DNA of 64,000 bases, taken from a phage. The translations under genes were made by a program, and so were the position numbers. Every line of letters begins with the position of its first letter. Position 1 is the first letter of the stretch. This document shows positions 52,301 to 64,000 of this stretch, in pieces. The notes under the pieces are model-generated. The model was not told where the DNA came from. It was given only the letters and a program-made list of their open reading frames with translations, and did not search any database. The stretch lies in NCBI GenBank assembly GCA_021683455.1, contig GCA_021683455.1_3051.1; one strand, written 5' to 3'.

Positions 52301-53245
52301 AGTGGGGAATTAGATACAACACGTTCTACCGTATTTGAAGTTAGTGATGAAACATCTAGTCATTTTTATTCTCAGCGCAATAAAGCTGGAAATATAACAT
52401 TTAATATCAACGGTACAGTAACACCGATAAATGTTAATGCTTCAGGAACATTGAATGCAAATGGCGTAGCAACATTTGGTAATTCAGTCACTGCAACTGG
52501 TGAAATTATTTCTCGAAGCGCAAATGCTTTCCGTGCTATTAACGGAAATTATGGTTTCATTGTTCGCAATGATGGATCAGTAACGAATTTTATGCTTACT
52601 GCATCGGGTGATCAGACTGGTGGATTTAATGGATTACGTCCTTTGGCTATTAATAATGCATCTGGTCAAGTAACGATTGGTGAAAGCTTAATCATCGCCA
52701 AAGGTGCTACTATAAATTCTGGTGGTTTAACTGTTAATTCGAGAATTCGTTCTCAAGGTACTAAAACTTCTGATTTATATACCCGTGCGCCAACATCTGA
52801 TACTGTAGGATTCTGGTCAATTGATATTAATGATTCAGCTACTTATAACCAGTTCCCAGGTTATTTTAAAATGGTTGAAAAAACTAATGAAGTGACTGGT
52901 CTTCCATATTTAGAACGTGGCGAAGAAGTTAAATCTCCTGGTACATTGACTCAGTTTGGTAACACACTTGATTCGCTTTATCAAGATTGGATTACTTATC
53001 CAACGACGCCAGAAGCGCGTACCACTCGTTGGACCCGCACATGGCAGAAAACCAAAAATTCTTGGTCAAGTTTTGTTCAGGTATTTGATGGAGGTAACCC
53101 TCCTCAACCGTCTGATATCGGTGCTTTACCATCTGATAATGCTACAATGGGTAATCTTACTATTCGTGATTTCTTACGAATTGGTAATGTTCGCATTATT
53201 CCTGACCCAGTGAATAAAACTGTTAAATTTGAATGGGTTGAATAA
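49376..53245 (+). CDS. 34: long tail fibre proximal subunit gp34
   Basis: 1289-aa ORF (the T4 gp34 length); internal repeated motifs; followed by 35-36-37-38. Confidence 0.95.
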   Translation: MAEIKRKFRAEDGLDAGGDKIINVALADRTVGTDGVNVDYLIQENTVQQYDPTRGYLKDFVIIYDNRFWAAINDIPKPAGAFNSVRWRALRTDANWTTVSSGPYQLKSGESISVNTAAGNDITFTLPSSPIDGDTIVLQDIGGKPGVNQVLITAPVQSIVNFRGQQVRSVLMTHPKSQIVLIFSNRLWQMYVADYSREAAVVTPASLYQAQSNDFIVRRFTSASAINIKLPRFANHGDIINFVDLDKLNPLYHTIVTTYDETTSVQEVGTHSIEGRTSIDGFLMFDDNEKLWRLFDGDSKARLRIITTNSNIRPNEEVMVFGANNGTTQTIELQLPTDISIGDTVKISMNYMRKGQTVKIKAAGEDKIASSVQLLQFPKRSEYPPETKWVTVQELVFNGETNYVPVLQLAYIEDSDGKYWVVQQNVPTVERVDSLNNSTRARLGVIALATQAQANADLENSPQKELAITPETLANRTATETRRGIARIATTAQVNQDTTFSFADDLIITPKKLNERTATETRRGVAEIATQQETNTGTDDTTIITPKKLQARQGSESLSGIVTFVSTAGATPASSRELNGTNVYNKNTNNLVVSPKALDQYKATPTQQGAVILAVESEVIAGQSQEGWANAVVTPETLHKKTSTDGRIGLIEIATQSEVNTGTDYTRAVTPKTLNDRRATESLSGIAEIATQVEFDAGVDDTRISTPLKIKTRFNSTDRTSVVALSGLVESGTLWDHYTLNILEANETQRGTLRVATQVEAAAGKLDNVLITPKKLLGTKSTEAQEGVIKVATQTETVAGTSANTAVSPKNLKWIVQSEPTWAATTAIRGFVKTSSGSITFVGNDTVGSTQDLELYEKNSYAVSPYELNRVLANYLPLKAKATDSNLLDGLDSSQFIRRDIAQTVNGSLTLTQQTNLSAPLVSSSTATFGGSVSANSTLTISNTGTATRLIFEKGPQTGTNPAQTMTVRVWGNQFSGELDTTRSTVFEVSDETSSHFYSQRNKAGNITFNINGTVTPINVNASGTLNANGVATFGNSVTATGEIISRSANAFRAINGNYGFIVRNDGSVTNFMLTASGDQTGGFNGLRPLAINNASGQVTIGESLIIAKGATINSGGLTVNSRIRSQGTKTSDLYTRAPTSDTVGFWSIDINDSATYNQFPGYFKMVEKTNEVTGLPYLERGEEVKSPGTLTQFGNTLDSLYQDWITYPTTPEARTTRWTRTWQKTKNSWSSFVQVFDGGNPPQPSDIGALPSDNATMGNLTIRDFLRIGNVRIIPDPVNKTVKFEWVE
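50770..51810 (+). repeat. degenerate tandem coding repeats in gp34 (motif ITPKKL...T.ETRRG...IAT...E.N.GTDDT)
   Basis: At least seven copies of a ~35-aa motif, e.g. ITPETLANRTATETRRGIARIATTAQ, ITPKKLNERTATETRRGVAEIATQQE, VTPKTLNDRRATESLSGIAEIATQVE. Confidence 0.6.
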
Positions 53246-53253
53246 GAGGTATT

Positions 53254-54369
53254 ATGGAAAAATTTATGGCAGAGTTTGGACAAGGATATGTCCAAACGCC
53301 ATTTTTATCGGAAAGTAATTCAGTAAGATATAAAATAAGTATAGCGGGTTCTTGCCCGCTTTCTACCGCAGGACCATACGTTAAATTTCAAGATAATCCT
53401 GTAGGAAGTCAAACATTTAGCGCAGGCCTTCATTTAAGAGTTTTTGACCCTTCCACGGGAGCATTGGTTGATAGTAAGTCATATGTTTTTTCGACTTCAA
53501 ATGATACTACATCAGCTGCTTTTGTTAGTTTCATGAATTCTTTTTCAAGCAATAGACTTGTTGCCATATTAACTAGCGGAAAGGTTAATTTTCCTCCTGA
53601 AGTAGTATCTTGGTTAAGAACGGCAGGAACATCTGCTTTTCCATCTGATTCTTTATTGTCAAGATTTGACGTATCATATGCTGCCTTTTACACTTCTTCT
53701 AAAAGAGCTATCGCACTAGAGCATGTTAAACTGAGTAACAGAAAAAGCACAGATGACTATCAAACTATATTAGATGTAGTATTTGATAGTTTAGAAGATG
53801 TTGGAGCGACAGGATTTCCTAAAAGAACATATGAAAGCGTTGAGCAATTTATGTCAGCTGTCGGTGGAACTAATAACGAAATTGCACGTCTACCTACAGC
53901 ATCTGCAATAAGTAAACTTTCTGACTATAATTTAATTCCTGGAGATGTTCTTTATCTTAAAGCACAACTATATGCTGATGCTGATTTATTAGCGTTGGGA
54001 ACTACTAATATTTCAATTCGTTTTTATAATGCGTCGAATGGATATATTTCCTCTACCCAAGCTGAGTTTACTGGACAAGCTGGGTCATGGGAATTAAAGG
54101 AAGATTATGTAGTTATTCCAGAAAATGCAGTAGGATTTACGATATACGCACAGAGAACTGCACAAGCGGGTCAAGGCGGTATGAGAAATTTAAGCTTTTC
54201 TGAAGTGTCAAGAAATGGCGGCATTTCAAAACCTGCTGAGTTTGGCGTCAATGGTATTCGAGTTAATTATATCTGTGAATCTGCTTCACCTCCGGATATA
54301 ATGGTACTTCCTACGCAAGCATCGTCTAAAACTGGTAAAGTGTTTGGGCAAGAATTTAGAGAAGTATAA
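53254..54369 (+). CDS. 35: long tail fibre hinge (knee) protein gp35
   Basis: 371-aa ORF immediately after gene 34. Confidence 0.85.
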   Translation: MEKFMAEFGQGYVQTPFLSESNSVRYKISIAGSCPLSTAGPYVKFQDNPVGSQTFSAGLHLRVFDPSTGALVDSKSYVFSTSNDTTSAAFVSFMNSFSSNRLVAILTSGKVNFPPEVVSWLRTAGTSAFPSDSLLSRFDVSYAAFYTSSKRAIALEHVKLSNRKSTDDYQTILDVVFDSLEDVGATGFPKRTYESVEQFMSAVGGTNNEIARLPTASAISKLSDYNLIPGDVLYLKAQLYADADLLALGTTNISIRFYNASNGYISSTQAEFTGQAGSWELKEDYVVIPENAVGFTIYAQRTAQAGQGGMRNLSFSEVSRNGGISKPAEFGVNGIRVNYICESASPPDIMVLPTQASSKTGKVFGQEFREV

Positions 54370-54374
54370 ATTGA

Positions 54375-54392
54375 GGGAGCCTTCGGGTTCCC
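54375..54392 (+). terminator. stem-loop after gene 35 (GGGAGCC-TTCG-GGTTCCC)
   Basis: GC-rich hairpin with one wobble pair, T-run downstream. Confidence 0.5.
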
Positions 54393-54400
54393 TTTTTCTT

Positions 54401-54408
54401 TATAAATA
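54401..54408 (+). promoter_or_regulatory. late promoter TATAAATA upstream of gene 36
   Basis: Exact TATAAATA about 24 nt upstream of the gene 36 ATG. Confidence 0.6.
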
Positions 54409-54431
54409 CTATTAAAATAAAGGGGCATACA

Positions 54432-55088
54432 ATGGCTGATTTAAAAGTAGGTTCAACAACTGGAGGCTCTGTCATTTGGCATCAAGGAAATTTTCCATTG
54501 AATCCAGCCGGTGACGATGTACTCTATAAATCATTTAAAATATATTCAGAATATAATAAACCACAAGCAACTGATAACGATTTCGTTTCTAAAGCTAATG
54601 GTGGTACATATTTAAATAAAGTAATTTTTAATAAAGGAATGACTGTTCCTGGTGCTGGGTCAGGTGACAACGGCATTTTTGCCGGTCCTGGTGATAATGC
54701 CACATATGATACTACAAATATGGATATTGTTTCATGGTATGGTATCGGCTTTAAATCATCACAAGGAGCAGCAGGTAGAACTGTAGTAATTAACACACGA
54801 AACGGAGATATTAGCTCAAAGGGTGTAATTGAAGCATCACAAATACGCGCAACTTCGTTATCACCAGTAAATAATTATGACCTTACGAGAAAAGATTATG
54901 TTGATGGGGCAATAAATATTGTTACAACAAATGCAAACTCTAGAGTATTACGCTCTGGAGACACTATGACAGGAAATTTAACTGCGCCAAACCTTTTTTC
55001 ACAGAATCCTGCATCTCAACCCTCGCATGTTCCGCGATTTGACCAAATCGTAATTAAGGATTCTGTTCAAGATTTCGGCTATTATTAA
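54432..55088 (+). CDS. 36: long tail fibre distal connector gp36
   Basis: 218-aa ORF; size and synteny. Confidence 0.85.
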   Translation: MADLKVGSTTGGSVIWHQGNFPLNPAGDDVLYKSFKIYSEYNKPQATDNDFVSKANGGTYLNKVIFNKGMTVPGAGSGDNGIFAGPGDNATYDTTNMDIVSWYGIGFKSSQGAAGRTVVINTRNGDISSKGVIEASQIRATSLSPVNNYDLTRKDYVDGAINIVTTNANSRVLRSGDTMTGNLTAPNLFSQNPASQPSHVPRFDQIVIKDSVQDFGYY

Positions 55089-55096
55089 GAGGACTT

Positions 55097-59234
<4,138 letters not shown>

Positions 59235-59266
59235 TTTTTGAATAAATATCCTTAAAAGGAGGGTCT

Positions 59267-59923
59267 ATGGCAGCACCTAGAATATCATTTTCGCCCTCTG
59301 ATATTCTATTTGGTGTTCTAGATCGCTTGTTCAAAGATAACGCTACCGGGAAAGTTCTTGCTTCCCGGGTAGCTGTCGTAGTTCTTTTGTTTATGATGGC
59401 GATTGTTTGGTATAGGGGAGATAGTTTCTTTGAGTACTATAAGCAATCAAAGTATGAAACATACAGTGAAATTATTGAAAAGGAAAGAAATGCACGCTTT
59501 GAATCTGTCGCCCTGGAACAACTCCAGATAGTTCACATATCATCTGAGGCAGACTTTAGTGCGGTGTATTCTTTCCGCCCTAAAAACTTAAACTATTTTG
59601 TCGATATTATAGCATATGAAGGAAAATTACCTTCAACAATAAGTGAAAAATCACTTGGAGGATATCCTGTTGATAAAACTATGGATGAATATGCAGTTCA
59701 TTTAAATGGACGTCATTATTATTCCAACTCAAAATTTGCTTTTTTACCAACTAAAAAGCCTACTCCCGAAATAAACTACATGTACAGTTGTCCATATTTT
59801 AATTTGGATAATATCTATGCTGGAACGATAACCATGTACTGGTATAGAAATGATCATATAAGTAATGACCGCCTTGAATCAATATGTTCTCAGGCGGCCA
59901 GAATATTAGGAAGGGCTAAATAA
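59267..59923 (+). CDS. t: holin t
   Basis: 218-aa ORF; single TM segment near the N-terminus (VAVVVLLFMMAIVWY) and large periplasmic domain; position after gene 38. Confidence 0.9.
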   Translation: MAAPRISFSPSDILFGVLDRLFKDNATGKVLASRVAVVVLLFMMAIVWYRGDSFFEYYKQSKYETYSEIIEKERNARFESVALEQLQIVHISSEADFSAVYSFRPKNLNYFVDIIAYEGKLPSTISEKSLGGYPVDKTMDEYAVHLNGRHYYSNSKFAFLPTKKPTPEINYMYSCPYFNLDNIYAGTITMYWYRNDHISNDRLESICSQAARILGRAK

Positions 59924-60196
59924 TTATTTGTTTGTATACATTTCTAAATATCTATATACACCCTCAAAACCCTCGTTGAATTCGTCGATGAGGGTTTTCT
60001 TATCTTCTTGAGTTAATTCAGAAACAATTTTACGGAATGAATTCTGATTTAATTTTCTACCTTCGTGTGTTACTCCAATCTCATTCAGAAATGCAATAAA
60101 ATTAGCACGATTCTCAACAATATCTTCTCTGGAAAATTTAATCAAAATAGACGCAACAGTAATAATTTCACGAACTGTATCAATATTTTTATTCAT
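59924..60196 (-). CDS. asiA: AsiA anti-sigma70 factor
   Basis: 90-aa ORF; size and sequence character of T4 AsiA; strong early promoter upstream. Confidence 0.85.
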   Translation of the reverse strand: MNKNIDTVREIITVASILIKFSREDIVENRANFIAFLNEIGVTHEGRKLNQNSFRKIVSELTQEDKKTLIDEFNEGFEGVYRYLEMYTNK

Positions 60197-60227
60197 TAAC
60201 TATACCACTCAATTAGTTGACTTTATT

Positions 60228-60257
60228 ATAATATCATCAGACGCTTGATTTGTAAAC
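60228..60257 (-). promoter_or_regulatory. sigma70-like early promoter for asiA (GTTTAC-N18-TATTAT)
   Basis: Minus-strand GTTTACAAATCAAGCGTCTGATGATATTAT upstream of the asiA ATG. Confidence 0.55.
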
Positions 60258-60357
60258 TGGTCTGTGTTATTTTCTTCAAAAATTTTTTCTACGAATTCCT
60301 TGAACGACTCACGTTCCTGAGCTACATTGTGCTCGATTACCTTTTCAAGATTATGAC

Positions 60358-60636
60358 TCATTCGAAATAATCTTCAATTTCGTAATCATGGACGTAAATC
60401 ATTATAGTTTTTAATACATCATCAATACTTTTTCCTGGAGCTGGAATTACGTAAAAATATCCTGCTTTTGAGAGGTCTTTATAAGTTCCAACCAAGAAAT
60501 CATTATTCTCGAGATGTAATTCTTCAACTAATTCATTAACAATTGAGTGGTATAAATTTGGTAGAAACTTATATAGCTTTTCTAGAATATCAATTTTGAT
60601 TGTGTATTGAACCACAGACTGAGAATCAATAATCAT
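60358..60636 (-). CDS. arn: Arn-like anti-restriction protein (assignment by size and synteny)
   Basis: 92-aa acidic ORF upstream of asiA, where T4 encodes Arn. Confidence 0.5.
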   Translation of the reverse strand: MIIDSQSVVQYTIKIDILEKLYKFLPNLYHSIVNELVEELHLENNDFLVGTYKDLSKAGYFYVIPAPGKSIDDVLKTIMIYVHDYEIEDYFE

Positions 60637-60719
60637 AGACCTTCCCCTTATGTTTCTGTTTGCGATTAGATTCTTTAAACGCTTTCTTCTTATCCTTATG
60701 AACAGAAGCTTTATTAAAA

Positions 60720-60938
60720 TTATGTTTTGCGACTAAATTGTTCATAATGCTGAATTACCTCTCTTAAACATTTGCATGTGAATGAAAACTTTTTAGCTAC
60801 ACCACATTCAAATATATGTTCTCTTAAATCACGTGTATCAGTATATCCCATCTCAACAATAAAATGCCTTATTAGATTTTTATCTTTATCATTGAGAGAA
60901 TTAAAATAATCAGATTTTGAATTAATTTCCCTGGCCAA
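60720..60938 (-). CDS. hypothetical protein (arn.x cluster)
   Basis: 72-aa ORF. Confidence 0.4.
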   Translation of the reverse strand: MAREINSKSDYFNSLNDKDKNLIRHFIVEMGYTDTRDLREHIFECGVAKKFSFTCKCLREVIQHYEQFSRKT

Positions 60939-61218
60939 ATTGAATCACCTTCAGTTGACGTTTTAATTCTTTTATCATTTCTTCGTTCATCGCAATATAA
61001 AGATCGCGTAAAGCAGGTTTTAGCATTCCATTTACCGGAGAACTAAATGGGCATACATAATCTTTTCCTACAAGCTTTTTGGTAAATTCCATATCACAAA
61101 ATTTAAATGCCGGCTCATTCGCATAAATTCCCCAATTAGTTGACATCATTTTATTGGCATATTCCAGTGCCTGGATTTGATTCATAATTCCATCGATTTG
61201 AAACTTTTTAATATTCAT
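60922..61218 (-). CDS. hypothetical protein (arn.x cluster)
   Basis: 98-aa ORF. Confidence 0.4.
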   Translation of the reverse strand: MNIKKFQIDGIMNQIQALEYANKMMSTNWGIYANEPAFKFCDMEFTKKLVGKDYVCPFSSPVNGMLKPALRDLYIAMNEEMIKELKRQLKVIQFGQGN

Positions 61219-61679
61219 TAGTAAAGGTCCTCAGAGTAAAGTTCTTTTTCACTACCACCGCGTTCAATACGTACTTGTCCAGCGTAAGTTGCAATAATCA
61301 TTGCTTCTTCACGTGTCCAATAATTACTATATTGGTCAATAAACCCTTGGTCATCATCACAAACTTGTTGAGTAACTAATTGAGGTTTAACTACATCTAA
61401 AACTTCTGCCATATCTTTAGAATAATGACGAGCACCTGGAATAATAAGAGTTCGTCCATCTTTTAATTTAAAACGGTTGGCTGCACAGACAATTCGTCGT
61501 TGGTACTTTTGGTTTTCATCCCAGTATGCAGTCTGCCAACAGATTTCAGGAACTTCTTTCAGGATATCTTCTTCTGTACATTTATAACCATGCGCTTTAA
61601 ATTTTTCAACAAGACTTTCTGGAGTTTCACGAGATAAAGGAACATTCAGCATTTTTAAACGATTAATAAATGGGTTCAT
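61218..61679 (-). CDS. hypothetical protein (arn.x cluster)
   Basis: 153-aa ORF with ATGA overlaps. Confidence 0.45.
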   Translation of the reverse strand: MNPFINRLKMLNVPLSRETPESLVEKFKAHGYKCTEEDILKEVPEICWQTAYWDENQKYQRRIVCAANRFKLKDGRTLIIPGARHYSKDMAEVLDVVKPQLVTQQVCDDDQGFIDQYSNYWTREEAMIIATYAGQVRIERGGSEKELYSEDLY

Positions 61680-62005
61680 TTAAACCATCCTTTAATACGT
61701 TGCCACAAAGTTTTCTGTTGAGCTTTGTTAACACCAATTGAACGAATAACTGGTTGAGATTCCTGGAATTCTTTATAATCAGCAAGGTAAATTTCGTAAG
61801 CTGAATCCGTAAAGGAACTTATCGCTGCCATGAAATTATTGCGAATACCTATTGGAGCATCTTTACTGTCACGAATAATCATGTATTTACCAGTCTTAAT
61901 CTTTACAATAGTTCCAAGATAAGCTCCATGGTACCAAATGTCCCACCCCTCTTGAGTGGGTTCTGCACAACGACGAAGTTCATTGATAATTTCTAACTTG
62001 TTCAT
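61676..62005 (-). CDS. hypothetical protein (motA.1 position)
   Basis: 109-aa ORF directly downstream of motA. Confidence 0.45.
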   Translation of the reverse strand: MNKLEIINELRRCAEPTQEGWDIWYHGAYLGTIVKIKTGKYMIIRDSKDAPIGIRNNFMAAISSFTDSAYEIYLADYKEFQESQPVIRSIGVNKAQQKTLWQRIKGWFK

Positions 62006-62015
62006 TATTTATTCC

Positions 62016-62651
62016 TCACAGTTCAGATGCTACAGTGATTACAGCTTCAATGTTTTCTGCTGAGCGTTTAATGTCAAGATACACATTACCGTTTTTAGCG
62101 ATTTTACAAGACATTCCGATATCAGTAAATTTCTGAATATGATGTTCCATCATTTTGTATCCAAAAATTCGCATATTTCCATTATTGTTAATTTCAAAAT
62201 TGCGAATTCCGTGAGTGCGTTTTTCTAAAATAGCAAGATAGTTACTACGATAAGTTTCAACTTTTTTAAGAACAAATCCATTTTCATCTAAAAGTTTTAA
62301 CATAAAGTCTTTATCTTCTTCCATATCAGAAGTAATCTCGCGAGCTTTACGAGTTGCTCGTTTTTTCAGCAGTTCCGGAGCATTTTCCTGTGCGTATAAA
62401 GTTGCTGCATTTGAAATAATATCCTGAGCTTCACCAGTAATGATTAATCCATCACCAGATTTCTCCACCAGGCCTTTTTTAATCAATACCCCAATATTAC
62501 TATTAACTACTGCATTACCTAAATCTGGATGCACCTCACGAACTTCTGCAGCTGTAATGAAATCTTTCTTAGCAATAGTAATTAAAATCGCAGCAGTTTT
62601 TTCATTCAGAACATCGTTAGAAGCTTTGATGATGTAAGTTACTTTAGACAT
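62016..62651 (-). CDS. motA: MotA middle-transcription activator
   Basis: 211-aa ORF; size and sequence character of T4 MotA. Confidence 0.85.
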   Translation of the reverse strand: MSKVTYIIKASNDVLNEKTAAILITIAKKDFITAAEVREVHPDLGNAVVNSNIGVLIKKGLVEKSGDGLIITGEAQDIISNAATLYAQENAPELLKKRATRKAREITSDMEEDKDFMLKLLDENGFVLKKVETYRSNYLAILEKRTHGIRNFEINNNGNMRIFGYKMMEHHIQKFTDIGMSCKIAKNGNVYLDIKRSAENIEAVITVASEL

Positions 62652-62692
62652 TTTCTAATCTCCGTAATTCTGTATCAGTAGTTGATAGTTGT

Positions 62693-62722
62693 ATAGTACC
62701 ACAGTATGCTTTGGTTGTAAAC
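62693..62722 (-). promoter_or_regulatory. sigma70-like early promoter for motA with AT-rich upstream element (GTTTAC-N18-TACTAT)
   Basis: Minus-strand GTTTACAACCAAAGCATACTGTGGTACTAT preceded by TTTTTTATTTCAAAATTTTTTTCACAAAAC; paralogous to 45999..46058. Confidence 0.55.
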
Positions 62723-62753
62723 CGTTTTGTGAAAAAAATTTTGAAATAAAAAA

Positions 62754-62773
62754 GGGAGAGCCGAGGCTCTCCC
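62754..62773 (-). terminator. stem-loop terminator (GGGAGAGCC-GAG-GCTCTCCC)
   Basis: 8-9 bp GC-rich stem flanked by A-run/T-run, 3-prime of the small ORF after gene 52. Confidence 0.55.
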
Positions 62774-62778
62774 TAAAA

Positions 62779-62928
62779 TTACTGCATGACTGTGATAACT
62801 GTCATGATAACACGTTGAATTCCGAATGCAAGAAGACCTCCTGCTACGGCTGGAACAACACCTAAACCCGCCAGTAAAATGCTACCGGATACTAATGCAG
62901 CGCTTGTAATACCTATAAATGGACTCAT
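62779..62928 (-). CDS. small hydrophobic protein (49 aa; 52.1-like position)
   Basis: ATG at 62928 overlapping the gene 52 stop; sequence MSPFIGITSAALVSGSILLAGLGVVPAVAGGLLAFGIQRVIMTVITVMQ is almost entirely transmembrane-like; below the ORF-track size cutoff. Confidence 0.35.
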   Translation of the reverse strand: MSPFIGITSAALVSGSILLAGLGVVPAVAGGLLAFGIQRVIMTVITVMQ

Positions 62929-64000
62929 TTGATTTCCTCTAAATCTTTAGTGTATTCGGTAACTACATCAGTAGTTTTCCAATATTCGTTTTCTTCTTTC
63001 TTAGCTTTAGCTTCTTCAGCAAGTTTCTTTGCTTCGTCGGAAGTCATATGAAAAATATTCATTCCAACTAGTTTATCAACATAAGAAGAATACATATCAA
63101 TTTTAGAAAGTTCTTCGGTCAGTTCTTTGCGAGTTTTACCCTGCACAACGATTTCACCTGAAATTACTTTCTTAATGAAATGTGCCTTGGCAAAGGCTAA
63201 ACGAAAAGCTGACTCAGTTTCTTTGATTTTGTTATCAATTCGCTTTTGGACATAAGTTTTACGAACTTCAACGAAGTCTTTAATTAAATCGACTACGTTA
63301 TCGTAAACTTGTAGTTTTCCTTTCTCATTAATAACCGTAATATTCTGAGAACGACGCTCAATTAACCCAAAGTCTTTCATAATTTTTGCATGGCGTTCTT
63401 CTTCATTATCGCTCAAAGAATATTCTTTACGGAATTTAACTTTAAAGCCAAAACCATGCTCACCACAAGCATCATCCCATGTAATGAAGCCTTTATCTTC
63501 AAGTGGGTCTAAGATTTTACTCACATAAGTTTCACGATCATACTTATACGGAATCTCAGTGATATGCATTTGAGTTCGTGAAGTAAACTTATATGTTCCA
63601 CGAATTTCATATTGCCCATCAATTTCAACGACTTCACCACGAAATTCTGGGAATTCTACCTTCGGTTTAGTTACTTTCTTTCCTTGAAGAGCTTGTAATA
63701 CAGCTTTCTTAACAGAAGAAACGCTATGAGGAAGAATGTAAGTTGCATAACCAGTTGCAATACCGGAAACGCCATTAAGAAGAACAGTAGGAATAATAGG
63801 CAAATAGAAAGCAGGCGGAATGTGTTCTTTATCTTGATGTACCGGAGCATATTCAGTATCTTTATATACGTTATAGAAATTTTTACTTACACGAGCAAAA
63901 ATATAACGACTTGCTGCTGCTTTTTGGACGGTACGAGAACCAAAGTTTCCTTGACCATCTAACAAAGGAAAGTTATTATTCCAAGTATTCGCCATCAAAG
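62925..64000 (-). CDS. 52: DNA topoisomerase II medium subunit gp52, C-terminal part (5-prime end lies beyond the window end)
   Basis: GyrA-like motif LLDGQGNFGSRTVQKAAASRYIFARVS; reading frame open to the window edge. Confidence 0.8.
   Translation of the reverse strand, partial: LMANTWNNNFPLLDGQGNFGSRTVQKAAASRYIFARVSKNFYNVYKDTEYAPVHQDKEHIPPAFYLPIIPTVLLNGVSGIATGYATYILPHSVSSVKKAVLQALQGKKVTKPKVEFPEFRGEVVEIDGQYEIRGTYKFTSRTQMHITEIPYKYDRETYVSKILDPLEDKGFITWDDACGEHGFGFKVKFRKEYSLSDNEEERHAKIMKDFGLIERRSQNITVINEKGKLQVYDNVVDLIKDFVEVRKTYVQKRIDNKIKETESAFRLAFAKAHFIKKVISGEIVVQGKTRKELTEELSKIDMYSSYVDKLVGMNIFHMTSDEAKKLAEEAKAKKEENEYWKTTDVVTEYTKDLEEIK

Overview
This window is a near-complete, canonically ordered segment of a T-even (T4-like, Tequatrovirus-type) phage genome, running from the 3-prime end of portal gene 20 to the 3-prime part of topoisomerase gene 52. 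All calls rest on reading the ORF translations and motifs by eye; no database search was run. Plus-strand late structural blocks: head genes 20-67-68-21-22-23-24, baseplate genes 51-27-28-29-48-54, and long tail fibre genes 34-35-36-37-38 followed by holin t. Minus-strand blocks: rnlB-hoc-inh, uvsY-25-26, and the long early region alt-30-rIII-31-cd-pseT-spanins-alc-rnlA-denA-nrdB-nrdA-td-frd-32-59-33-dsbA-rnh, then asiA-arn-motA-52. Regulatory signals are those expected for this phage type: TATAAATA late promoters, sigma70-like early promoters (GTTTAC, 17-19 bp spacer, TAnnAT), one MotA-box middle promoter (uvsY), and GC-stem tetraloop terminators. I found no inserted multi-gene system that is clearly novel. 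The features that depart from what I recall of T4 are: two tandem, diverged Alt-family ADP-ribosyltransferase genes; an HNH homing endonuclease between uvsW and uvsW.1 with a TTG start; an apparent frameshift in denA at a (GGAA)3 repeat; Hoc with an extra Ig-like domain; a T2-type gp37/gp38 fibre tip; intron-less td and nrdB; and extra small ORFs between td and frd, between frd and gene 32, and between pseT and alc. Comparisons to T4 are from memory and should be checked by alignment.
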